In this document: positions 18,001 through 23,998 of the stretch, in pieces
Numbering within the stretch: position 1 is the stretch's first letter
Layout: each line of letters opens with the position of its first letter
Notes under the pieces: model-generated
Databases searched by the model: none
What the model was told of the DNA's origin: nothing
The model's input: only the letters and a program-made list of their open reading frames with translations
Virus record (IMG/VR): IMGVR_UViG_3300011335_000240
Coordinates: 1-29,516 of that record
Direction: 5' to 3' (one strand)
Source: a virus
Lineage: Duplodnaviria; Caudoviricetes
Length of the DNA stretch: 29,516 bases
Made by a program: the position numbers and the translations under genes

Positions 18001-18891
18001 ATTGGTATGATGAATCTGTTTGAAAATTCTGGTAAGGTTAATTTATCGGTAACGCAAAATCGTGCCAATACCTCTGATGATTTTGCTTTAGTAAATTTTC
18101 TTACACAGCGAAGCACCGATGGTGTAAATTATACAGCAACACAAAATAATGACGCCTTAGGTTCATTTAAGTTCAATGGTAATGCTTATACTAGCACAAG
18201 TCCAGGTGTGCCTGGTGGTCCGGGTGCTGAGATTCAAGCAAGGGCTACAGAAACTTGGACTAGCACAGCAAATGGAACACAGTTTAATTTCTTTGCTATT
18301 AAAGATGGCACACTGGATTCATATAATGTATTTGGTGGAAATCCAGATAGTTTTAGAATAAATTCTAATAGCTTAAACATAAAGAACTATGATGCTAGCA
18401 CACCATTACCTGGCGGACAAATTAACTATGGCAGACAATACATTGAAGCATACAGCACACAGGATCAAACTAATCCTGTGGCCAACGCAGAAAACTTGAT
18501 GTCATTTAATAATACAGGTATCAGCAATGGCATCAGTATCGTCACTAATGGAACTACACTTACTCGTATTACAATGAGCACAGCAGGCATTTATAACATT
18601 CAGTTCAGTGCTCAGTTAAATCACACAACAGGTGGATCACACAACGCTTTTATCTGGTTAAAAAAGAATGGCACAGCAGTAGCCAACACAGCAGGTGATA
18701 CCAGAGTTGCTGGCAACGGTGAAAGAATTATGGCAGCCTGGAACTATGTTGTCAGTGCGGCAGCAGGAGATTATTACGAACTTGCTTGGGCGGCTGATGG
18801 CACTGATGTCTTATTAGACTATGTTGCGGCATCAGCACCTATACCAGCAGTTCCCAGTGTTATTTTAACAGTAGTGCCAGTAGGTGCTTAA
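15052..18891 (+). CDS. Long tail fibre protein with internal repeats
   Basis: 1279 aa, Thr/Gly/Ser-rich; VSVNGQTG and DTDDIPEG motifs; three 54-aa repeats; duplicated modules; C1q/BclA-like C-terminus (AGIYNIQFSAQL…WLKKNG). Confidence 0.85.
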   Translation: MSNISVTTVQNTIAVTETSGITVTTPEGQTIDVTVPNSSVNVTNTTDNITVLTAGTLIIEDAAGTIVSVNGQTGPIVVLDTDDIPEGTKKYFTQALARGSLSAGTGISYDSGTGVITNTSINTDTTYTIASASTTGGANLNLVGSDSSTDSVAYKGSGATTVTSTNANTITIASTDTNTTYTQNASSTTGGANLNLVGSDSTTDSIKLAGGTNVTVTRTDADTVTFSSTDTNTTYTQNFSSTTGGTNLNLVGSDATTDTVKFANGTGVTVAYTDDNTATISIGQSVGTGDSPSFAGITGGNITVGVDTDNTIGTTNTDGNIILDPNGTGNVVMTFANGGNLTNDRNYVSGIIRIPVAQTAGDIYGYSTGGLNPYRGISIDNTASSTTTTGKRTGMVMRNYANAPRNSIIGESARGTNPSAPTILTNNSNLIELVAGGYAATSDGTGFQATGCTITGTTLTIGTVTFGSPAVGQLLTSVTQGATVTAGTTITANISGSGSGSTWTVSAAQTVGSSTIWGGGDGWISSNNGQVGAIRLQAFENWTNQTSGTGMIVALSPLANSNALALAGSSFNALSMSLSSTTLASDSQTFRTRPAGAGGTNFAMLSLTESLATVGGDLRVNGNDIQNSAGSTNITMSSDRSITTVTSDLFRVEGASPSTQYFSVGKSFDGDVVMSLSQTRATQGYENAVINFQTQRSADGINYTPTQNGDTIGEFKFNGNAYTSTSPGVPGGPGASIQAQATETWTSTANGTQFDFQAVKTGTLDNYSVIKGTPSQLDLNADNITFNTSTGTLALRTVPITGYNPNVDFTGNIVKGAIRAGAGEATGDIWQAVGPVTQSTGISIDNTDKPADRTSLVIRNYGAGLAGAVPRLNVIGEAARGTADTPLNLNNNNVLIDVIGNGYTNTGWATDLGTVVPSLIRLATAEAWTNGLNNVGTNFQVLLQPTATALTTTSLQATIQANPQNSSFRSDLHQWNKGKSGQTIGMMNLFENSGKVNLSVTQNRANTSDDFALVNFLTQRSTDGVNYTATQNNDALGSFKFNGNAYTSTSPGVPGGPGAEIQARATETWTSTANGTQFNFFAIKDGTLDSYNVFGGNPDSFRINSNSLNIKNYDASTPLPGGQINYGRQYIEAYSTQDQTNPVANAENLMSFNNTGISNGISIVTNGTTLTRITMSTAGIYNIQFSAQLNHTTGGSHNAFIWLKKNGTAVANTAGDTRVAGNGERIMAAWNYVVSAAAGDYYELAWAADGTDVLLDYVAASAPIPAVPSVILTVVPVGA
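15421..15900 (+). repeat. Three tandem 162-bp (54-aa) repeats
   Basis: TTYT…SxTTGGxNLNLVGSD units begin at 15424, 15586 and 15748. Confidence 0.9.
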
Positions 18892-18903
18892 AAGGAGAAT
18901 ATT

Positions 18904-18975
18904 ATGAGACATTTACCAGAACGCGGAATGAGAACGAAAACTAATCGTAAAAAGCCAAGACCCGGGAGAAAATAA
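18904..18975 (+). CDS. Very small basic peptide, 23 aa
   Basis: Strong AAGGAG RBS; MRHLPERGMRTKTNRKKPRPGRK; coupled to the next ORF by TAATG. Confidence 0.65.
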   Translation: MRHLPERGMRTKTNRKKPRPGRK

Positions 18976-19127
18976 TGCCAGTAAGACGAGTAACAGGCCC
19001 CCGAGGCGGAAAAGGATACAAATATGGAACAAGCGGACATTACTACCCTGGACCCGGGGGCAAGGCTAAGGCAGCAAAGCAAGGTGTGGCAATACGCCTC
19101 AGCCAACAGCAAACAAAGAAAAAATAA
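18975..19127 (+). CDS. Small basic Gly/Lys-rich protein, 50 aa
   Basis: MPVRRVTGPRGGKGYKYGTSGHYYPGPGGKAKAAKQGVAIRLSQQQTKKK; TAATG overlap upstream; stop lies 1 nt before the next ATG. Confidence 0.75.
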   Translation: MPVRRVTGPRGGKGYKYGTSGHYYPGPGGKAKAAKQGVAIRLSQQQTKKK

Positions 19128-19128
19128 T

Positions 19129-19404
19129 ATGGATAACTTCAAAGAAACCTCATTAAAGGGACATATACAACTATGCGAACTTCGCTACAAGGCCCTAGAA
19201 GAAAGGTTGGACAATGTTGAACTTAGAATCGCAAAGATTGAAACAACTATCAACGACCTTAAAAGTCAAACTCAAGCAGGCTTTAGTGAGATCAAGTTAT
19301 TATTGGAGCGTCAAAATTCCAGTAAGCAGGTTCAAATGATTGCAACATTTGGCACTATCATAACTGCCATATTAGCTTTTGCAGGATACTTGATTACAAA
19401 GTAA
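19129..19404 (+). CDS. Coiled-coil protein with a C-terminal transmembrane helix (XhlA/holin-like), 91 aa
   Basis: Start reassigned from 19024 to 19129. Heptad region YKALEERLDNVELRIAKIE, then hydrophobic MIATFGTIITAILAFAGYLI. Confidence 0.65.
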   Translation: MDNFKETSLKGHIQLCELRYKALEERLDNVELRIAKIETTINDLKSQTQAGFSEIKLLLERQNSSKQVQMIATFGTIITAILAFAGYLITK

Positions 19405-19430
19405 AGCGAATGTCATATCTAAATAAAGAT

Positions 19431-20183
19431 ATGAAACAAACTAGAAAAAAATGGATGGGCGATGGTCCGCATCCAGAAGCCCCTGACCTTGTATTAAGTC
19501 GGGCAGTGAGTTGGACACCTGATCCTCAAAGAAAATATTCAACTATAAATGGACTTGAACCCAATAACATTACAGCGGCAGCGGCTTGGACAAAGATACC
19601 CGAAGATCTAGTTGCCTGTGATGCTTTCATTTACCGAGACAAAAAGACTAAACTATGGGTACAGGCAGTTGGCTATCCACTGATACCCAGAGAACAGGCA
19701 CAGGCTTGGATAGATCTACAAATTACCAATGGTGCCCATACTTCCTGGTTTAATCAATATGCACAGCCCAGATTACCACAAAAACCATATACACAACGAG
19801 AAGTTCCTGCCAAAACTATTGATCAAGTCACTTACATAGAAATGTTAGCACATCAAAACAAATTTATGGTCAATGGCATAAATCTCTGTGATCTAAATCC
19901 TGTTGGCTGTCCCAAAGACATAGATGTATATGCTGAACCAATAAAAAGAAAAACTTATCCAAAGCGTGATCCCACAAAGTTTTATATTAGGCGTAACAGT
20001 AAATTCTTAATAACACCCAAAGGTGTTTATGCCAGTGTTAGTCAAGCTGCCGCAGATATGGGTATGAGTTTTTGTGGAGTAACACATCATCTTAAGAAAA
20101 ATAGTCCTGGATACACATATATAAGTGCCGATGAATACTTAATGAGAGTCTCAGAGTTAAATAAAAATAGCACTACTGAGTAG
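19431..20183 (+). CDS. Hypothetical protein with a C-terminal NUMOD1-like helix-turn-helix
   Basis: ITPKGVYASVSQAAADMGMS…HHLKK resembles NUMOD1 DNA-binding motifs. Start could be 19410 or 19431; TAAATA at 19420-19425 favours 19431. Confidence 0.55.
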   Translation: MKQTRKKWMGDGPHPEAPDLVLSRAVSWTPDPQRKYSTINGLEPNNITAAAAWTKIPEDLVACDAFIYRDKKTKLWVQAVGYPLIPREQAQAWIDLQITNGAHTSWFNQYAQPRLPQKPYTQREVPAKTIDQVTYIEMLAHQNKFMVNGINLCDLNPVGCPKDIDVYAEPIKRKTYPKRDPTKFYIRRNSKFLITPKGVYASVSQAAADMGMSFCGVTHHLKKNSPGYTYISADEYLMRVSELNKNSTTE

Positions 20184-20255
20184 TGTAGATAATGTCTAAT
20201 CAACATTATCGTTACTGCTTTAAGCCCCGTTTGGCAACATTCGGGGCTTCTTTTT
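20168..20255 (+). ncRNA. Candidate small RNA 1 (about 85-90 nt, three hairpins)
   Basis: TAAATA at 20158-20163, then stems CACTAC/GTAGTG and GATAATGT/ACATTATC, then a terminator. Confidence 0.45.
20222..20255 (+). terminator. Rho-independent terminator
   Basis: AAGCCCCG-(12-nt loop)-CGGGGCTT followed by CTTTTT. Confidence 0.85.
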
Positions 20256-20301
20256 GACTAATACTAAAGTATGATATAATACTTTTTTGGCACTAGTACT
20301 A

Positions 20302-20330
20302 TTGACACAAATAGACTTTTTGTGTATAAT
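20302..20330 (+). promoter_or_regulatory. Consensus sigma70 promoter with an inverted repeat across the spacer
   Basis: TTGACA-17 bp-TATAAT; ACACAAA/TTTGTGT dyad overlaps it. Confidence 0.85.
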
Positions 20331-20361
20331 AAACGCATAGGCAAATATATCAAGGAATTAT

Positions 20362-20523
20362 ATGAACATCACAGATAAACTAAGACTAGAGCTACTAATC
20401 AGAGAACAAATCTCCAATCACGGAGAAGATTTCTATTTGGAATTGGAAAGAATACTTAGTAAGATCGTTTCAGAAGAAAACGAAATAACACCCACTAACA
20501 GAGCCAGAATGAGAGTGTTATGA
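20362..20523 (+). CDS. Small early protein, 53 aa (not in the ORF track)
   Basis: AAGGA RBS behind the sigma70 promoter; MNITDKLRLELLIREQISNHGEDFYLELERILSKIVSEENEITPTNRARMRVL. Confidence 0.75.
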   Translation: MNITDKLRLELLIREQISNHGEDFYLELERILSKIVSEENEITPTNRARMRVL

Positions 20524-20533
20524 TAAATAATAT

Positions 20534-20668
20534 TAACAGAAGCAAATTATTCCTTTATATGTATTTGCCAAAGTTCCTTAAAAGAGCCCCGCTTCTGTTA
20601 TAGGATAGGTCGCAATGACCAGTCCGGAAATCCCCCTGTTTAAGGCATTTTTCAGGGGGATTTCTTTT
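20534..20668 (+). ncRNA. Candidate antisense small RNA 2 (about 135 nt)
   Basis: TAAATA at 20524-20529; 10-bp stem TAACAGAAGC/GCTTCTGTTA closing a 47-nt loop with two anti-SD TTCCTT tracts; hairpin GGTC-gcaat-GACC; terminator. Confidence 0.6.
20627..20668 (+). terminator. Rho-independent terminator
   Basis: GAAATCCCCCTG-(loop)-CAGGGGGATTTC followed by TTTT. Confidence 0.9.
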
Positions 20669-20681
20669 GGCTAACAAAAAC

Positions 20682-20719
20682 TTGCGTAACTCGCAGTTTT
20701 ATGATATAATAGATAAATA
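20682..20719 (+). promoter_or_regulatory. Sigma70 promoter in tandem with a TAAATA late-type promoter
   Basis: TTGCGT-17 bp-TATAAT with the extended TG; TAAATA at 20714-20719; imperfect dyad AAAACTTGCG/CGCAGTTTT over the -35. Confidence 0.7.
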
Positions 20720-20763
20720 GATATACAAGCAAGGCAGATCGCTTGTAATGATAAAGGAATCAA

Positions 20764-21294
20764 ATGTTAAAAATAAAAGCACACGCAGTAGCACAACCAG
20801 TAGCACTAAATCGTCGCACAGGAGAGCCACTTACAGACGGATGGGGATTACCTCGCCAAACAGTTTATATTAAAGAATCAAAATATCGAGCACTAGATGC
20901 AAAGAGCTATAAAGACATAGCAGACTATCAAACCGAATTCTTCCAAAGATTAGATAAAATAATCAAAGCCGATCCTACCTGGGCTACTAATAACGACTGG
21001 GATAAACTACCTAAGATCTACAATGACCCAATTAGATATTCGGCTACAGATCTAATCAAAGATACAGTCAATCACTATAAACGCAGACACGACCCGACTC
21101 TAAGTATGTTGCTAAGACAACGGTACTTGATTCGTAAGTTAGCCAATGAACTTGGTGATCCTAGTGTGATCAGAGATTGGGACATTGATATTACATTTAA
21201 GAATCCCTCAGAACCTGTGCTCAAAAAGTTTTATGACAAAGATATATTCAGTCAAGTAGCAGTGACAACTGCATTTACTGAGTTGTTTAACTAA
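20764..21294 (+). CDS. Hypothetical protein, 176 aa
   Basis: AAGGA RBS and its own promoters; no recognised motif. Confidence 0.8.
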   Translation: MLKIKAHAVAQPVALNRRTGEPLTDGWGLPRQTVYIKESKYRALDAKSYKDIADYQTEFFQRLDKIIKADPTWATNNDWDKLPKIYNDPIRYSATDLIKDTVNHYKRRHDPTLSMLLRQRYLIRKLANELGDPSVIRDWDIDITFKNPSEPVLKKFYDKDIFSQVAVTTAFTELFN

Positions 21295-21370
21295 ATACAT
21301 TACAGGCAAACAACGCTACCCAGCACAAAATATAAAGGGGTGAAAACAGGAACAACGCCCACAAGGAACT

Positions 21371-21766
21371 ATGGGTATGGCTTGGGCTATTACAAAAACA
21401 GATAGTAAAAAAGAACGCCAGCATAAACAACGAGTCACTGACTTCTTGTTCAAAGGTAATCTAAATGAAGAACTGCTAATGACTCATCCTAGTCCAGATG
21501 ATGTAAAGTTTTTTATGGATCTTAGAAAAATGTCTATTTGGGATTATTTTGATGCCAGCGACATTACCAAAATATCTCACATAGAGCGTAAAGTTGTGCG
21601 TGAAAAGAAAAGTTTGAATCAACAAAACTTAAAGTTTATAAATGAAAGCATAACTAGAGCAACCAGATTACAGCATAGTAATATCAAAAGAATTCAAGGC
21701 GGTGATAAAATTCGTAGAGAAGAATATAAACTGCAGGTAAGAAAAGCATATCAAGATACTAAATAA
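21371..21766 (+). CDS. Basic hypothetical protein, 131 aa
   Basis: AAGGA RBS; TAAATA at 21292-21297; directly upstream of the large non-coding region. Confidence 0.75.
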   Translation: MGMAWAITKTDSKKERQHKQRVTDFLFKGNLNEELLMTHPSPDDVKFFMDLRKMSIWDYFDASDITKISHIERKVVREKKSLNQQNLKFINESITRATRLQHSNIKRIQGGDKIRREEYKLQVRKAYQDTK

Positions 21767-22298
21767 AAGTATAGGCAAATACACTCAGGCACAATTTTAG
21801 GCACGGTACAACCAACCAAACAAAAACAGGTAAAACTTCTGTTATGATATGACGGCTAAAGAACAGAACACTACTCATTTCTTATACTTAATGAGATAAA
21901 CAGTGGAGCCGGAGCACACGAATAGCATCGTGGGGAGTTACATAGTCAATCGTCTCCCGTATAGTAATATATTGTAAGTATAACCTTTGAGAACCGCTAT
22001 CAATATTGAATGGCAGTTAGAAGGCGTAAGACACTATTTGGTGCCCAGATTTTTTTTAATCTCGCACTACATTAGCCGCTCTTACGGCCCAACTATCTGT
22101 ATTACATTCAATATTGATAGTTGTTTTCTATAATTTGTCTTTGACAGATAACAAATAAAAAAACTTATTACAAAACGAAATTAATGAACGAAGCGACAGC
22201 GTAGTGATTAATGAGTTTTAAGTCCTTTAGGACTTTATAAGACTTCTCAGTAAATGTTTTATGATAAATGAGATAAATATTATATAAGGAATAAAGAT
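21767..22298. other. Structured non-coding region; candidate replication origin / long RNA
   Basis: No long ORF; TAAATA at 21760; four short hairpins, a 140-nt long hairpin and a GNA-loop ssDNA-type element. Confidence 0.55.
21997..22120. repeat. 16-bp perfect inverted repeat closing a long imperfect hairpin
   Basis: CTATCAATATTGAATG (21997-22012) / CATTCAATATTGATAG (22105-22120); inner stems CGTAAGA/TCTTACG, GTGC/GCAC and AGATT/AATCT. Confidence 0.9.
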
Positions 22299-22589
22299 AT
22301 GCAGATAGAATTTATGAGTCAGCAATGGACAATCAGAGAAGCAGAACCCAGAGAACTACCACAAGACACTCTAGGACTATGTGATCCAAAGACAAATACC
22401 ATAATCATAGATCCAGAACTAACTGGATGGGTTCGGGCACAAACAATATTTCACGAGATATTTCACATCTGGGAAATGACTATGCATCAGTGCTTGACAG
22501 AACAACAAGTGGATACAATGGCATCAGCAATGCTACATTGCTTAAAAGAAAACCCTGTTCTTGTGCGTATGATTGAGGAGCAAGAGTAA
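22299..22589 (+). CDS. Small HExxH zinc metallopeptidase-like protein (ImmA/IrrE-like fold)
   Basis: LGLCDPKTNTIIIDPEL…TIFHEIFH…EQQVD; TAAATA at 22274-22279 and an AAGGA RBS. Confidence 0.65.
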   Translation: MQIEFMSQQWTIREAEPRELPQDTLGLCDPKTNTIIIDPELTGWVRAQTIFHEIFHIWEMTMHQCLTEQQVDTMASAMLHCLKENPVLVRMIEEQE

Positions 22590-22930
22590 TGGGCAGACCT
22601 AAACAATGGTATAAGAAACAACAGGGATATCGAGAACAAGGTCCTTGGGGTTGGGATGATGACAAGCTAAAAGCAAAGATCAATAATGAACCCGATGAGA
22701 ATGGCTGCTTAAACTGGACAGGATCAATGAGTCCCAGTGGTGCATTACTGGGTGTGTATAAAGATGGCCGCCAACAGATGAGTCAAGCCCGTAGAATATT
22801 ATGGATGTCAATAAACAAAGAAGATGTCACACCATACAGAGTTACAATGCTGTGTGCCAATCAAAGTTGTCTAAACCCCGAACACTTTGAACTTAAAAAA
22901 AATAATAGATTGGACGCATATGATCATTGA
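22589..22930 (+). CDS. HNH / His-Cys zinc-loop endonuclease-like protein, probably degenerate
   Basis: GCLNWTGS…ARRILW…VTMLCANQSCLNPEH matches the family layout, but the usual His residues (AHR and HxC) are replaced. Confidence 0.6.
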   Translation: MGRPKQWYKKQQGYREQGPWGWDDDKLKAKINNEPDENGCLNWTGSMSPSGALLGVYKDGRQQMSQARRILWMSINKEDVTPYRVTMLCANQSCLNPEHFELKKNNRLDAYDH

Positions 22931-23132
22931 AACAAGAATAGCAGATTACGCATTTGCCGCAATGGATGAAGAAGAAGAATCTACACTTAAAGAAGTTTGT
23001 AAGAGATTTGCCAAAGATATGCGTTTTGATTTTCAGTTTAGTTATTACTCAGTGTATTGGGAAGAAGAGAATTGGACCTTGGCTAATCTAGCATTACCTG
23101 GTATAGATACTATATTAAAGAAGGTACCCTGA
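22920..23132 (+). CDS. Acidic hypothetical protein, 70 aa
   Basis: ATG at 22920 with a GGA RBS, overlapping the upstream gene end; TGATG coupling to the next gene. Confidence 0.65.
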   Translation: MIIETRIADYAFAAMDEEEESTLKEVCKRFAKDMRFDFQFSYYSVYWEEENWTLANLALPGIDTILKKVP

Positions 23133-23722
23133 TGGATAATAAACAACGAGTTGAAGCATACAAGCAAGCAGATCCTAAATGGGAACTCCACTGTGGCAGC
23201 GACAATAGAATAGTTGGCTGTATCTATATTGGTAACAACTACGCCAAAGCCAATGACTACTATGGTGGATATCAGGGAAACTACTTAAAAAGGATAGCGG
23301 CATTGTTTCCAGATAAACAAAGTCCAGCACACTTATACGCAGGGCAAGCAGATGTTACAAACTTGCCTGGACAAAAGTATGATATTAATCCACAGAGCAC
23401 AGATACAATCTACGCAGATGCTAGAGCAATGAGTCAATACGCAATCACAAAACACGACTTATGGGTCTGTGATCCTCCTTATGGAGAAGAAAGACTTAAA
23501 GAATATCAACAACGCTATAACTGTTCAGCAGATAACTTAAACATTAAGAAAGTGTTTAATGAACTATATTTGGCAAGTGCCCCAAAAGCTCATATTGTTT
23601 GGTTAGATTGGCAGCGACCTTTCTATAAGAACACAGAGTGGAAGGAAGTAGGTGCAGTACTGTACAGAGGTAGCACAGGACATAAAGATAGAAGTATTAC
23701 CATCTATGAAAGAGCAGATTAA
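23132..23722 (+). CDS. Putative amino-methyltransferase (N6-adenine type)
   Basis: Catalytic-like motif DLWVCDPPYG; HLYAG and YDINP…DAR resemble SAM-binding motifs. Confidence 0.6.
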   Translation: MDNKQRVEAYKQADPKWELHCGSDNRIVGCIYIGNNYAKANDYYGGYQGNYLKRIAALFPDKQSPAHLYAGQADVTNLPGQKYDINPQSTDTIYADARAMSQYAITKHDLWVCDPPYGEERLKEYQQRYNCSADNLNIKKVFNELYLASAPKAHIVWLDWQRPFYKNTEWKEVGAVLYRGSTGHKDRSITIYERAD

Positions 23723-23985
23723 TGGCACGCCCTGGAGCAACAACATTATTATCTAGACAATTAGATGATTTTAACGGTATAGAAGTATTAGATGCCCAAG
23801 GACTATATGCTGTGCTATACAAGAATAAACCCATTAATCTAAAAACAGAAACTTGGACAGAGCGTGGTCAATTAAAGAAGTATGTAAGAACAACTTATCC
23901 CAGTAAAAAGCCAGCAGAGAATTTGGCAGCAAAGTTAAACAAAGACTTCTTTACTAATGACTTTAGTGTGGTAAAGATTTTATAA
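23722..23985 (+). CDS. Hypothetical protein, 87 aa
   Basis: Translationally coupled; MARP…YAVLYKNKPINLK…AENLAAKLNKDF. Confidence 0.75.
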   Translation: MARPGATTLLSRQLDDFNGIEVLDAQGLYAVLYKNKPINLKTETWTERGQLKKYVRTTYPSKKPAENLAAKLNKDFFTNDFSVVKIL

Positions 23986-23998
23986 AAAAGAGGTAAAT

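Noticed and set aside
19024-19128. N-terminal extension of the 126-aa ORF
   Set aside because: It overlaps the better-supported 50-aa basic ORF; ATG 19129 follows that ORF's stop directly.
21989-22128. Retron msr/msd, or a protelomerase telomere site
   Set aside because: No reverse transcriptase or protelomerase is recognisable, and the hairpin centre is imperfect. Use of an enzyme supplied in trans cannot be excluded.
22141-22171. TTGACA as a sigma70 -35 element
   Set aside because: No convincing -10 at 16-18 bp spacing, and it lies within a small hairpin.
20168-22298. tRNA genes or a CRISPR mini-array in the non-coding regions
   Set aside because: No cloverleaf with a T-loop consensus and no regularly spaced direct repeats.
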